Shown: positions 45,501-59,700 of the stretch, one piece after another | How the letters are laid out: each line of letters opens with the position of its first letter | Numbering within the stretch: position 1 is the stretch's first letter | Source: Tubulanus polymorphus | Taxonomy: Eukaryota > Animalia > Nemertea | Reading direction: 5' to 3' | Assembly: GCF_964204645.1 (NCBI RefSeq) | Contig: NC_134032.1 | Span: 8,978,275-9,042,274, forward strand | DNA: 64,000 nucleotides | Notes under the pieces: model-generated | What the model saw: only the letters and a program-made list of their open reading frames with translations | Told to the model about the DNA's origin: nothing | The model's database searches: none | Program-made: the position numbers and the translations under genes

Positions 45501-45578
45501 AAATAACAGTTCCTGCGTCCACAAGGTACGACGTCGGGTGACTGCACGATTTCTCTAAATTCTATCAGAGCGTTTATA
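42517..45578 (-). CDS. C-terminal ~785-aa block (2117-nt exon plus last exon): long amphipathic helices and terminal domain resembling the Tc-toxin TcA TcB-binding domain
   Basis: Open frame (ORF 43412-45547) with acceptor at 45579, donor at 43461 and last exon 42764-42517. Motifs [36 protein letters not shown] and [11 protein letters not shown]...[13 protein letters not shown]. Coding status is secure; the family call is by eye. Confidence 0.75.
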
Positions 45579-47698
45579 CTGAAAATGGTTTAAACGAACG
45601 AGTTATGACACTATGTCATTTTGGTTTATGCATCATCGCTTGCCAAGGTCTGATTGCCGCCCGCTAGAGCTCACCCCAATGCAAACCCTGGCAATAAATC
45701 CTTCGTTGGCCTTTTACAGTGCCCACTATTTTTTGGGCGGACGGGTTGCGGCTAAGCGACTACCCGTCTATATATCTAGCCCAACTAGATGTGTAGCGAA
45801 TCTGCCGGTGAAAAACAACTCATCCGATTGGCTCAATTCATAAACTGGTGCCCCCCCCCCCAAGAAATCTTGGACAATGTAATAGACCAATGAAGCGTTT
45901 GCAGCCAGGGTTTGTGTTGGACTGGGCTTCGGAAGGCGGTAATCAAACTCTGGCAAATGAGGATGGGTTTATGTGGTATCGTTTTGTGACTGGCCAGAGA
46001 TCCGCTGACCGGACCTTACCTAGAAATCAGTATATTTTACGAAACCAGCGGAGGCTCGAATCTTACGAGCTTCAAATTATATGGGACATAAGACCACTTG
46101 CCATAGATTTATTTTCAGAACCCCTCGGAAATAAAGATAACGAAATCTTACTCTAATTTCAGGACGGGAGATGCTGAAATCATTCTGTAGTGGATCAAAG
46201 ATGATGAGTCGAAATTGCTAAAAGAACACAGAAAACGATCATTGTTATCTAATAAGAATTTATGATCTTAGAATGAAAACTTCCATTCAGTTATGAATGA
46301 ATCTAACGATTTTCGACGAGGAAGTCGATGATTTCAATTTAAATCATAATATCGCTAATCATGCAAATATATATACAAATTTATGAATATTCTGCTAAAA
46401 TAACTCACATTTTTATTTGTTTAAGATGTTTTAGGTTACCGAATACATCTGGGGCTATCGTCACGGTCTCTGGACTCGATAAATCGCTAAAAAAAACAAC
46501 CATGTATGGTGTGATATAGATTTATTGATAAACGCTATAGTAATAATAGTTTACTTACAGCTCTTCCAGATTTTCTAATCCGTCAAATAGTCCATTCGGT
46601 ATACTGCTGATGTTAGCCATTTTTCTGAAATTAACCGATGAAAAAAATTTTTCCAGACGAAACGGTTTGCTACAAATGTTTTTTTTTTTAATTCACGATA
46701 ATTCAATAAAACGTACATTTTGGTGACGTATTTTGCACCGTCGAATAAGGAATCGGGAAGTCTTACTCCGGTAAGATCGATCGCGGAAAAATCGCTGATG
46801 AAAAAGAGGTAGACAGATAATAGTTATTGTGTTTTTCCGCTGACTCTCGACAACGGTATACCGGTGGAACCTTAACGAACTTCGTTTTGCTGAATTCCAT
46901 TCTTTGGTTCACTCGAATTTTCCGCTGTTTTAATTGATACTCACATTTCTGTTTCGCCGGCAAATAGACCACTATGAAGGGTACGCCACATTTCTGTTAA
47001 CGAAACGTGAAAATAATCCGTAACTTTGTCCTATTGAAGCAACTTTGTTTGAGTACTTAATCTCATAAATTGCCGTTTAAAATTGACGACTTCAGGAATG
47101 TGACAACCTATCAGGTGACGACTTTAATGGTTAGAATATAAATCCCACAATCACGCGATAGAAAAAGTTTTTTAAATATCGAAAATTTATCAAAAACCCG
47201 AATCTTTAACCACTAAAAACCATTTTCAAGGAATCATCACCTTCATCCCTTGAAAATGGTTTTTAGTGTAAAACCGTTGATATAGGTTTTTGATAAATTT
47301 CAAAGTTTCGATATCTTAAAAAACTTTTTCGACCTCGTGATGATTTAGATTTTACTCGTCTCTCGCGATTCATTGCGTAGTTTTAAAACCGCGTTGACTT
47401 GAATGGTTTGCGAACGACAGAGAAACCTCACGTCTTAAGAAGATTGCTAACTTTTTTTACTGGCCTTTGCTTTGAATACTACGGGTAATTGGCTGTTAAT
47501 GATTCAATTGATAAGCCCTCTCGAAGAAAAACTATGAGAGTAATGACGACTGATTGTAATAATGATTCCATCATCAATTAAAAGGAATATAAAATTAAAC
47601 ATATGTACCGAGCCAGGAAGCTTTACAATCACTAGGATGTTCAGGCCCCTCGAAAAATGAAGTTTAATGGTAAGTAGTAATAATAATAATAACGTGAG

Positions 47699-47754
<56 letters not shown>

Positions 47755-50700
47755 GTAATAATAATAAAGATGTAATTGTGATGTGATATCATAATAAAAC
47801 TTAACTCGATGCCAGATACGTGTATTGTGGTATACTGACCGGTCGATTGTGGTCCGAGGCACGTGCGAATGTAAGTATCGGTTCCGTCGTAGTCTTGCAA
47901 TACTGGCTCCAATTCGAATAGTGCGCAGTTGTCATCAGAATAAGATATGAAAAAAGCGCACTCGAAATTTCGTGCATCGTAGCATTTCGCTTGACACAAT
48001 TCGCGAGAAATGTTTGAACCCGCTGGGTAATTTTCGATCGGATCGAAACCTGGCGGTGCAGTAGTGTTCCCAATTCCGTAGAATTTATCTGAAATCCATG
48101 AAAATGTTGATGTTCGAATTCATTTCAAAGTAGGGGAGAGGAATTATTATTATTATTAAATTCATTGGTCCAGTTTCACAAATATTAATTCAACCGATAT
48201 CAATTCAATCAGGGTTTTCTGATGTCGTCGACTCTGGCCGTCCGAGTGGCGACCATACCGATTGATAACACGTTAGCTCCATATGACTAACTGAATGTAT
48301 TTTACTAAAAATGTATAAGCTTTGATTATATACGCATGGGCGCAGGAATGAGAGGCGTTGGTGATGCCTGGAAAAGTTGTTTATCTGAAGAGAGTCGGAT
48401 TTTTAGATTTTAGCTTGATGTGAGCGATATAATTAGGGCTAACAACGTGTAGTTTATTTTGCCAGTGGTTGCACCTTTAAAGGCCCAACCAGTTGGGCGT
48501 TGGGGGGAAAAAATGGCTACCCCGATTTTTAAAAGATATTTTCGTTTCCTGGCTTCCCTAGCTTCCTATATCATAAAAGCCCCCACACACGAGCCGAAAA
48601 CTGCGTCCGGAAAGTGCGCAGCGCAGTTTTTGGCTCGTGTGCGGGGCCTTTTCGGGCCTTTCGGCGTGGTATGATAAACGGCACTTACCGTCACCCTCTC
48701 TGATATAAATTGAAGTTTTATCATCGTAATTTGGATACATGAGTGATACCAAGCAGTTGAAATCGATCGGGGAATAAGAAGCAGCAAAACAATAGTCTTT
48801 ACTTTCCATACAATAAAGCATACATTGTTCAGCCGTTTGAAATCCTTTCACAAACGTGAAAACGGAGCTAATTAATGTATTCGGCTTCTTCGAGAAGCAG
48901 CCACTGTATTCATCCGCCATGTTTGCTGAAACAAACAACGTGAAAACCAATAAAAACGACCGAACAGACGTCTGTTTATTGCTGTTAGTGAGAATTAACT
49001 CTGCCGATGATGTCATCATTACTATACATACATTGAAAAAGTCGTGTTTGCGACGGTGGTTTCTTGTGGCAGATTCTTTTAAAAAGAAATGCACCCTCAA
49101 CGGGTTGACTCAGCGATTCAAATGGGAATCTGTATAGTTTGCACTGGTTGTTCCCCACATATTCGTAGCCGATACAACCTTTCAAGTGGTGTTCGTTACA
49201 CATCGTTCGGCAACTCCCCGAACTAGCGACTTCATCTTCAACCTCACTGGTTCCAGCGTAATCGGGCATTTCCTTATAATAACCTAAAGAATTGAAAACA
49301 AAACTGTTTTACAAATAGAAAGGGCCTATCATTATATTCTGATGTGACGTACTGATGGGTCTTTTCTTGCCACAATGGCATTGTATATTTTGATATGCAT
49401 TTTTCATTTAGGCATCCCCTTTTATTGGTGTAGCCGTTAGGCTTGGGGATGTCCTATCAATTAAGACAGGTTGTCAAATCTTAGACATGCACGTTCAATT
49501 GTTGACATTCATCTGATCGACACAAATATTTACCGCTTCCAAGTTTCAAAAGAAATTTGGATCTAGTCGCTGATTTTAAAAGTATGAATTCACACTTTGG
49601 TTGAACGCCATCAGTGCCGTTGGTAAACTGTACCCCGATACAGTAACGCTTGATTTCAAGGCAGAGGAACAAACATTGGTCCATAGTTAGATTCCGCATA
49701 GTGAAAGATATATCTTCAGTGTTCGCTTTTTGGTATTTGCTGAATTTAAAGCATCCGTAACCAATATTATCCCCAGGAAGGACTGAAATATCAAGAATTC
49801 ATAGAAGAACAAACAGTTTCATTTTTCATGTACATGTTGAAATCAATAAGTCGAACGCTTTCCGGTTAACATATATACCCCTTCTCGTGACAAGTCACGA
49901 ATGATGCAAAACTGCAGTACGTTAAGATATAAGTCAATAGTGGTGCACAAAATAGCAGACTATTCCATACATGGCAACAACCAAGAGAGTCAACGGAAGA
50001 CATTTAAGATGAGGATCCATATTGAAACAATGGCAAGTTTAAATTTGGCTTGTCTTATTCGATAAGCATTTGAACTGAAATATGATAAGAAATTTACACA
50101 GAATTTATTTATGCATATCGTCAGCCGTCCGTTCGTTATCATGCACATAATTGGAAAACAAAATCGATATTTCAAAGTAAAGAAGTTTCCAGTTTCTAGG
50201 CGCCATTTTGTAGCGGTCCCTCGAGGTCCCCATTGTTGCGATAATTTTAACTCATTTTTGAAACACAACTTTTGATTGAATTTCAATTAGCTCTGCATTC
50301 CCTTTCTTGATATACTTAATGTATATACTAGCAGATACTTGCCGGTGATTCTTTGGTTTTTTGAAGCGCAGCAACGACGCGAAACCAAGGACCGCATGTT
50401 TTAACCACGCGTCAAAAAAATCACCATTAAATTGCTATTAATTTGTTAATATCTAAATATCTCTTGAAGTTATAATTCCCAATTTTACAGAGGTTATAGA
50501 GCCTAATTCGCAATTTCAGCCTGCATTGAAATTTTTTGAATATCTTTCCAGACGACTGATCTGATTAAAACAATATTCTACCAACAAGTAGTATCAAAAT
50601 AATCGCGCAAATACTCACTTCCACAACTCAGGTAAGTAAACTACTGTCTGTCACACCTGCTCTTCGTGCGACGTTTTGATCCGTAATTGCGTTAATAATC

Positions 50701-53700
50701 GGTTGATCTGTAAATATTATGCATCAATTTGTTCAGTAAGGAATTTGCATTCAGAAATAAAACATGAACTGGCATAAATTTGTTTGTGTTTTCATCTATC
50801 AGCGAAAGTTTACCCAGCATACGCTCGCGTAATGCTGAAAAACGGCTTTTATGGCCCGTCACGTGGCGCCACCTACTGTATTTTGATATGCTAATGAGCA
50901 GGTGATGACGTCACTGTAACGTTTCCGAGCGTCAGCGGAGCGGGTTTTTCAGCATTACGCGAGCGTATGCTGAGTAAACTATCGCTGATAAATGAAAACA
51001 AAAACAACTTTAGTGAAAATTGTTGTTTATTTCTGAATGCAAATTCCTCACTGAACAAATTGATGGGTAATAAAGGTAGATAAACCGATTATTAACGAAA
51101 TTAAGGACCAAAACGTCGCACGGAGAGTAGGTGTGACAGACAGTAGTGTAACTTGAAAGGTGCGTTCCTTGTTCGGAAAATGAAAACCCAACCTTAACCC
51201 TAGCTCATAGATGAACCTTAACCTAAGTAAGACTCTAACCAGGGATCTACGGCATGTAGGCCGTGCACGCTGATCACTAGACCGCTGAGATATAGACTGA
51301 CGGAATTTCATCGGGAATTAATAGAATATAAAAACGATTCGAAATAACCTCAAATGGTTTTAATCTTTACATACATGGCATCCTATTCCTATAGCATCCG
51401 GCAATATTGACGCAATCTTCAACTGTAGTAGAATTCCCCACACAATCGTTACCGCCTGCACTCTGAGGAGGGTTGTCGCACATTCTCGACCGCTCACGTG
51501 TTCCTCGGCCGCACCTTTTAGAACACTGCGACCATCCACCCCATGAACTCCAATAGCCGTCGACTTCAATAAGACAGGCGTAAAAAGGTTAGCAACAAAA
51601 CGAACATTGATGACGCAATCGAATTGGACACTGTAATCCGTGTAAAGTGCATCCTCGCTCGCCAGGGTTTGATTGCCGCCAGCTGGAGCTTACGCCAACA
51701 CAAACTGAGCGTGAACCTGTTTGCCCAAGAAATCGTGATGACCTATAGAAGGGTTTGCGGCCAGGGTTTGAGTTGGCGTGAGCTTCAGCGGGCGGCAAGC
51801 AAACCTGGCAAGCGAGGATGTGTAAAGTGTAATTGGATTTAGACTTCCCACAATAGAATCTTATGTGATACGATTTATCAAAATGAAACCACAACGTTTC
51901 GGTTGTTGACTAACAGCCATCATCAGGTGGTTTTAATAGATTTAATCATACGAGATTATATTGTGGGACTTAATTCATCGACGACTTTCAATGTTAGAAA
52001 GACTGCATCGGAAAAAAATCGAATGGAAATAAACAAGACTGTTTTGATGTATGAACCACAATTGCTTTAAGAATTATTCAATACCATCGTATTTCGTTTC
52101 GCATGCTGGATCCAATGCTTCAAATAGATGAGATGTTAGTTTATTACTTACCTGGGCAATCTCTAAGGGCACATTCGACTACATCCGATGAAGGCCCATT
52201 GCATTGTTTGCCCCTATGACGCGGTATCGGGTTGTTACACATTCGGCTTCGAGTCTTCGAGCCTTCGCCGCAGCTGGCTGAACACGGAGAATAATCCGAC
52301 CACTCGCCCCATCCTCCGCGAACTGAAGAATCAAGGCAAGAATCATAACGAGCTCAACAACTCGAGATATACCGAAATACCGGGTGTGAGGTGACTTCCG
52401 ACATTCATACCACCGGTGTGCTATTTGCATACTCCATCATGAGCCTCGTGACGAAAAGGGGAGTTGTTTTTTGGTTCGAAGATTAATTCAGATATTTTTT
52501 CGATCATTTAGGTTAAATGGGGCTAAATCATTACATGTATAAGTTTGACTAATTCAGTATAATAAGGCTAAAAATGATACCGTGTTTCTCCTTTCTGCTT
52601 AGGTTAAAAGTTGAATCGGACGGCCGCCTATCTACCCTGTAGATTACTTTTTTTAAATAATGATCGATTTTACCACAACAGTCCCAGCAGCTATAGAAAT
52701 GAACTGATTACAAATTTCATTGCATTGTATAAAGCGACCCGGCCGATTAGGGGAGATATCAATTCTATTATTATAAAATACAGATCAGTTTAACCAGTGA
52801 ATATGAAAAGATCGAAGCTCGAAAAATCCAGTATGTACAAAAGGAAAAGGTCTTCGGGGTACACGCAGTGCTACTGTGGCAATCGAGGATTCCACGCATG
52901 GCAGACGAGGATCTACCAGGTGTCACAAGTAGATAGTGGGTCGACCGCGTTTGGTTCCTTCTATTTTTGAATCAGAACTAAATGAACCTTTCTCTTAAAA
53001 GAATAAATCATTATCACTAAACCGATATGCGAGTAAAATGAAAGTGATTGTATTTGATGGGTGCTGTGATATATGGATTCGGGAGTCTAAAGATCAAGTT
53101 CAAAGTTAAAAATGAACTTATTTTGGCAACGGAAGACCTACTTCCCGTCACGCCATCTAGTGGAATGGCTGGTGTTGCGGGTTCCCCATTGAATTGAACA
53201 GAGCCACCTACAACCAGTATCGTAGCGTAATTACTAGAAACTAAATGCCTACATATATTAGAAATTAAGGACCACGATGGTTTATTTCAATAAACTTTAA
53301 CTTAAACTTATAAACGCGTTCGTATGGTCCAGTAGGAATGATTACGCCTACCTGCACAACCTAGAATCTCGGTACGTAGGCAGCCTAGACCGCGACTTAT
53401 TCCCAAGACATGCAGACGTATGTATCGTGCCTCCAACAATCGCGAAAAGTACGATGTTACAAGTTTTGACCTGTCGCTGTTCCCTGGAAATATCTGCAAT
53501 GCGAAGAAAAGTGCGCTTCAAGTGCTGTTTTTGTTACGTCATCTAGTTGAAAGATGTCAACTATAAGGTTCAACTTATGATTAGGCATTCATGGGGCGAC
53601 CCTCTCATTTCCAATGACTTCGACGATCTGTGATTTGATTATGTAATTAGCTTCATAAAAACCAGTCCCAGCTATCTTTTAGTAAGAAAGTGGAAGTGAC

Positions 53701-56700
53701 CACACCTCCCTGGTCAGACAGAAGGGCTCTGGTCAGGGGAAAAGATTTGAAAAAAATGACAGTTTTTCAGACATAAATGTTTTTGTTTAATGCAGATTGA
53801 ATTCGAGCAATTATGGAAACTTACATCATTTCCTTCTGCGAGGTAGACCTGAGACCACCTGACACGATCAGTACTGATGGTAATTTTCAATTTCGATACA
53901 AATTTGTAGCCGTTATCAGTGGAGAAGCCTTGGATTTGGAGACCTGTTAACAATATTCAACATCATACTACACTAGAGCTGGTGATAGAAAAACTGATCT
54001 TGATATCTTTCACATTCCTCGTCTACACCCTAGATGCTATGGACTTCCCTTTTAAGGCAGTGTTGTTATTTTCTATCTTCAGAAAGATCGGGTTGTTCGT
54101 GTAGCTGGTTGATCGAAACTAGAAAGAAATTCCTAAGAACGCAAGCTTGCTAGCCCATGAAGAAAAAATTATGTACGGGAATGTCAAAGATTTGAGTCAA
54201 TCTCGGAGCCCACCAAAACTGGCTCAGGATCACTGCTTACAAGATGTATCTCGGAGTCACAGAAATAACAGAACAACCAACGTCGGATTAGGAAAAGAAA
54301 TATGAATACATGCACTATCGTTTTATATTATGCCTTTTTTGAATTGATGCTTTTTATAATCTATCGAATCGAATGCGTCACAAGCATCATTATCTTTCAT
54401 ACTTGAAAGGCTGAATCCAAGAACAGATCTATCCTACCGTTGAGCTCAAACGTAGTAGCAAGTTGGAAACAATAAGAAATTAACGATACCGGCTAATTTT
54501 CCAGTAGTACACATTCAAAACAACTAGTCTTCCTTTCATTTCGCTTGGTTTTCCATAGTTGCTGTTTGATAGAGTAAAAGTAGCCGATATCGTTAATTGC
54601 TCATTGTCCTCAAGTTGCTACTATGTAAAAGTTGTTGTTTGCGCTCAAAGGTGGGATAGACATGTTCTTTCTTGGACTCAGCCTTTCACTTCAAGATCAC
54701 CTACCGAAAACCTTCTCCACGTCGGAAAACTCTATTTCTAAAAACGATGGAACTTGTCCCGAGTTCACGCACCAAGCACCGGCGTAATTATCAAGTCGAG
54801 CATAATGTGGTTCCCAATCGGAATCGAAGTTATCAGCGGTGATTAGGATATCCTCGATTCTGCCGTCTTTAACTCCGAGGGGTCGAGAACATTCTGAATA
54901 CGGTAAATAAAGGGAAACAAAATATTGCAATGAAAAAAAAGAAATATTACGAGTTTCCTGGAAGATAGTTGAATATTTTGTCATCTGATATTGAACATGA
55001 TCATTTATTGCATGGAATCTTAAAACATTCTCATAACCTAAAACTGCAATTTTATGCCGGCAGATTCGAGATTGAAAACTATACTACTTCGTCTCGAATA
55101 TTAATTATTAAGATGAAGGGGCGAATCCAAGGGTGGGGGGGGTTGGTGGTCTCCGCTCTGTGTTAGAAAATGTTCTGATAGTGATACCATTCATATCAAC
55201 GATGAAACAACCACAATTCTGATCTTTATCGATCGCTATTTTGGTGTCTGCCAGAAATAACTGTAGGTAATGCACACATTTTAATGAATGCATTTTTCAT
55301 TGAAATGTCATAAGACTATAGGTCTACCTGGGAAAACACTGAGCTTGACCCCTCGGCTCAAATTTCTGGATCCACCCTTGCACTACATCGGAACCACGTA
55401 ATGCCATTTTCTAACAATGAACACACGTACAATCATAGTACTCGTACTTGGCAGAAATAAAAGAATTGAAGGCCTACATGTAGTAGGCCCTATTTGCATG
55501 TGGCAGCAAAAAAAACTGTGATATTTGCGTGATGTAGCAGCAAACAATCAATATGAACTTGGCTGACTGTAAGAACGCGGTAAGCTTACACTTACGTATG
55601 TTGGGAACTTTACAGGCAAAGGATAAACGATTGAAACACGAAGTCGCGCGGTAACCATGATTAATATGAAGTTCGATACAGTAGTCGCTGGTGGGAGACA
55701 ATTCTGTAGCTCGGTGGCCGTCCAAATCATACCATGTCCTGGTACTCCTGTCATATCGATAGCCTCCGATCTCCTCTGCATCTTTAATGCTGGAAATATT
55801 CAATAGCATAACACTGAATCTATCATCGTCGTCTGGTACTCAGACTATGGTGAATGTGCATTCAGACCGTGTACATAAGTAGCTCCAGAAAATTATTTTC
55901 CAAAGTAATGAAGGGATGGTGCCCTGAAAAAATTCACTGTTAGGTGTTAGGGATACACGATGGGTGAAATAAGTGGAAGGCAATGATTAGTCGCCCATAA
56001 CTGTCATACTTTTATTATTTACGACGTTCATCATCGGTAAATAGTACAACGTGTTGCCGGCGATCCGTCTATTAAAAAAACGACTTGGGAACCATAACAC
56101 CAGCTCTGCCACCAGATGGCGTGACGAGCACTCAGTCGACATTGGTTATCATCTCGTAATAAGTTCATTTTCAATGAGCTTTGAACTGGATTTTCAGTCT
56201 CCCGGATGTAAATATCACCACAAGACCCACCAAATATACAATAACTCCATTTTTCTACTCAGCTATCGGTATAGTTTTCATTGAAAAACCTGTTTAAATT
56301 CCTGTTTAAGAAAAACTCATTCAGTTTCAACTGAAATGTAGAAGAAATCAAACGCGGAAGACCCGAGTAACTAATAGCGAACCAGGTGGATCTGATACGC
56401 ATGATTGCTCAGATTTAGGTGATCTTATGTCCTCGCCTGCCATAGGTGGGATCTTCGATTGCCACAGGAGGTCGTAGGTTCCTCACTGAAGAAGCACTGA
56501 TGAAATTTTTCACTTACACTTTATCCATGTACAGCAAATCCATCTCGTAGTTCGATTGCGGATAGAAAATGTGCGAATACGAGGAATATTCTTGACATAT
56601 ATTCTCGGCATCCATGAAGTCTTTCTTAGCCAAGTGGCGCCCATAGCACATTCCATTGCGAGTGAACCAAATATAACGTTTGAAATAACTTCTTCCGATG

Positions 56701-59700
56701 TACGACAAGGCACTGGTAAATTTTGGGCATTCTGCGTTGAAAAAGTAAGATATCATAATAAGTTTTCACGTTCAAAAGATTAATGAAAATACTTGACCAT
56801 GACCCTATGCACCACAGGTGATGACACTGCTTTAAAACAAACTATTGTAATTCGACGATCCTACTATAAATAAAGAAAATGTTTGTTTCTTAAATATTGT
56901 TTCTAAATACTATGGCGGCTGATAAGAGTCTAATGCATTTGTTTTTATATGACTCGATTGTAGAAAACCGCAAAACGGAATTTATCGAGAAAAAATGTCC
57001 ATAGGGTAAAAACAAATCTTTTCGTTTTTGCTCTATAATACTATAGTTTTTTTTGCGCGGTGAAGTTCATTTTGCTAGGGTGTGAAAACGAAGTAAACGT
57101 TCGTTTTTGTTCTATAATTTCGTTTTGCGTTTTTCTATCATCGAGGTCATGTGGCCCTTATCAGCCTACCATAGAATACGGTTCTAACTAGTCCACACCA
57201 AGTAATTCGTGGTCTCAGCGGGTTTTATATACATTGGCATTTTCCCTGCCCTCTCGCAACACTGTAGCGGGTTAATGCACCTGTGTAGCGGCCGGTGCAA
57301 TGGGTTTTGAGCGCGATACATACCGACTGGATCGACACATGCGTACACCACATGCGACTTCTCGTACACGCAAGGGCTTAGGTTAGTCGGTCCAAAAGTT
57401 GATACGCATTCTTTCTTCGATTCACAATCAGTTAATACACTTATCCACTTATCGGTTAGCCTTGGAAAGAAATGGCCAACTTCAGTAGCCTGTGATTGAA
57501 AAAGAAATGAGACGTGTACGCGCCGTGGCGGGGTGCCTCTTGTCTAGCAATTGCAACGACAAGCTGATTTGAATAGATACCATCTTTTTCATTCTACAAT
57601 AATCAGGACTCGAGTTGGTGGGTTCGGCCAGCCACTGTATCATCTCGATACGTAAGTCGTCCGGACAGGAGAGGGTTAACTCAAAATTCGGTGAGGTTAG
57701 CACTTCGTACTTATCTGAAAGGAATTGAAACAATTTGCCAATTAAACGTAAATCAACAATTTTACGATAAAGAGAAGACAGTGAAGTTTTCGCGTACTCA
57801 TCAAGTATCGGACATCAGGTGCAGGCCTACCTCAGTCAGTTTTAGAGATAAAGGGCATTTAGAAGTCCGGAATGGAGAGAGGCAGTTGAACTGAAACATT
57901 GTCTTTTCTAATCCATTTTACACCGTATTGAAGGATTGCAAAAAGTCTTCATCGAATGAGGTTGAATAAAGAGACGTGACCACTAAAGTTAAACAATGTG
58001 TTTCCATGCGTATATGCATGATATAAAAAAAAACTTCAATTAGCAGGCCTGGAACATACGTACCGGTATTGTTAAACTAAGAAATGGTGACTCTTATCTG
58101 TGATGCAATCCTTCAAGACAGTGTAAAATGGATTAAAATCAATGTTTTAGTTCAACTGCCAGTCCATTCTGGCTATCAATGACTAGCACCAGGTATATAT
58201 GTACCGCCAAAACAGACCGAGCTAGGCCACCCGATGTCCTTTCGGGCAAGTTGAAATCGACATTGGTCCGCTTGACCAGCGTTTAGATATATATACAGCT
58301 TGACGTAAATGTGTAACAACGAGCCGAGGCCTGTTTTTATACACACAGAGAAAGTATGTTCCCAAACATCGAATCACGTATCCTGCTTAGGGTCAAATCT
58401 CATACCGACAATACAATTTCTATTATTCATGTTTGATTTTATGCGTAATTCGTGGCAAAACAATCCCTAGCTCTGACTGTGGGTTAACTATTGGTGACTG
58501 GTAAACGGTACTAACATTGCAGACGTTTTTCACAAATGTATTTGTATCGGTCATAACAGTCGGCACTTTCGTCTTCACTTGTTAGGCATTTTCCAGCCGA
58601 TCCAGAATGCTTATTGTCAAATATAATCAGTACACCATCATCCCTGGCTAAAAATTAGAATAAAAAGGAAATGTTTGAATTAGGTGTGGAGAGGGAGAGG
58701 GAGAGGGAGAGGGAGAGGGAGAGGGAGAGGGAGAGGGAGAGGGAGAGGGAGAGGGAGAGGGAGAGGGAGAGGGAGAGGGAGAGGGAGAGGGAGAGGGAGA
58801 GGGAGAGGGAGAGGGAGAGGGAGAGGGAGAGGGAGAGGGAGAGGGAGAGGGAGAGGGAGAGGGAGAGGGAGAGGGAGAGGGAGAGGGAGAGGGAGAGGGA
58901 GGGAGAGGGAGGGAGAGGGAGAGGGAGAGGGAGAGGGAGAGGGAGAGGGAGAGGGAGAGGGAGAGGGAGAGGGAGAGGGAGAGGGAGAGGGAGAGGGAGA
59001 GGGAGAGGGAGAGGGAGAGGGAGAGGGAGAGGGAGAGGGAGAGGGAGAGGGAGAGGGAGAGGGAGAGGGAGAGGGAGAGGGAGAGGAAGCAATCTAGAAT
59101 TTCAATGAATCTATACGTACTGAATCGTCTATCGTAGTGAACGCCAAACCAATATTTTTCACCAGAATTCAACTGTGATTTCATGAATTTCAATGAATCT
59201 ATACGTACTGAATCGTCTATCGTAGTGAACGCCAAACCAATATTTTTCACCAGAATTCAACTGTGATTTCATGAATTTCAATTCATCCGGATTCTGTTCC
59301 ACAAACAACATTGCATTCTTTCGCCAGCACTCTTTTTGGGCCGTATGCCAAGCGGCTTGTTCGTCGAAGATTTTGTAACAAATATCGTCACGATACTGTA
59401 GCCACCCATCGGGACATTCAGATATTAGATTTCCTGAAACGAAACAAGTCGTACCGACGAGGCGAATTTTTTTTACGCACTAGGTCCGCCATTTTGTTTC
59501 AACATGTGGCAGGCTATCACGTGTTCTCAGCATGTAAACTATGACGGTTTCAGTGTTTGCTTTATCTATTAATTAATTTATTTATTGTTTTACTTTTGTG
59601 TGAGTGATATTGGTTTTATTCTCAATGCATTTTCTAGTATGTATTCTCCAGTGGTGCTGTGGTGTATAAGTTGTGTCATGGTTTTGGGGTTTTCAGTATG

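Noticed and set aside
43462-45578. Bacterial contamination as the source of the long intronless ORF
   Set aside because: It has canonical splice sites in phase with flanking animal-type exons, and the motif-bearing C-terminal domain is itself split by a spliceosomal intron.
49930-50066. Possible separate start exon ([17 protein letters not shown]...) that would split the mosaic gene in two
   Set aside because: No phase-1 donor links it to the next exon, while TSP1 exon 51563-51375 joins exon 49782-49534 in frame. Not excluded without transcripts.
50620-50707. Acceptor-like site suggesting an extra exon
   Set aside because: In-frame stop, and the sequence is the arm of a palindromic MITE.
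58648-59250. ORFs encoding RE/RG/SL/SP/LP dipeptide repeats
   Set aside because: Translations of the intronic (GGGAGA)n microsatellite.
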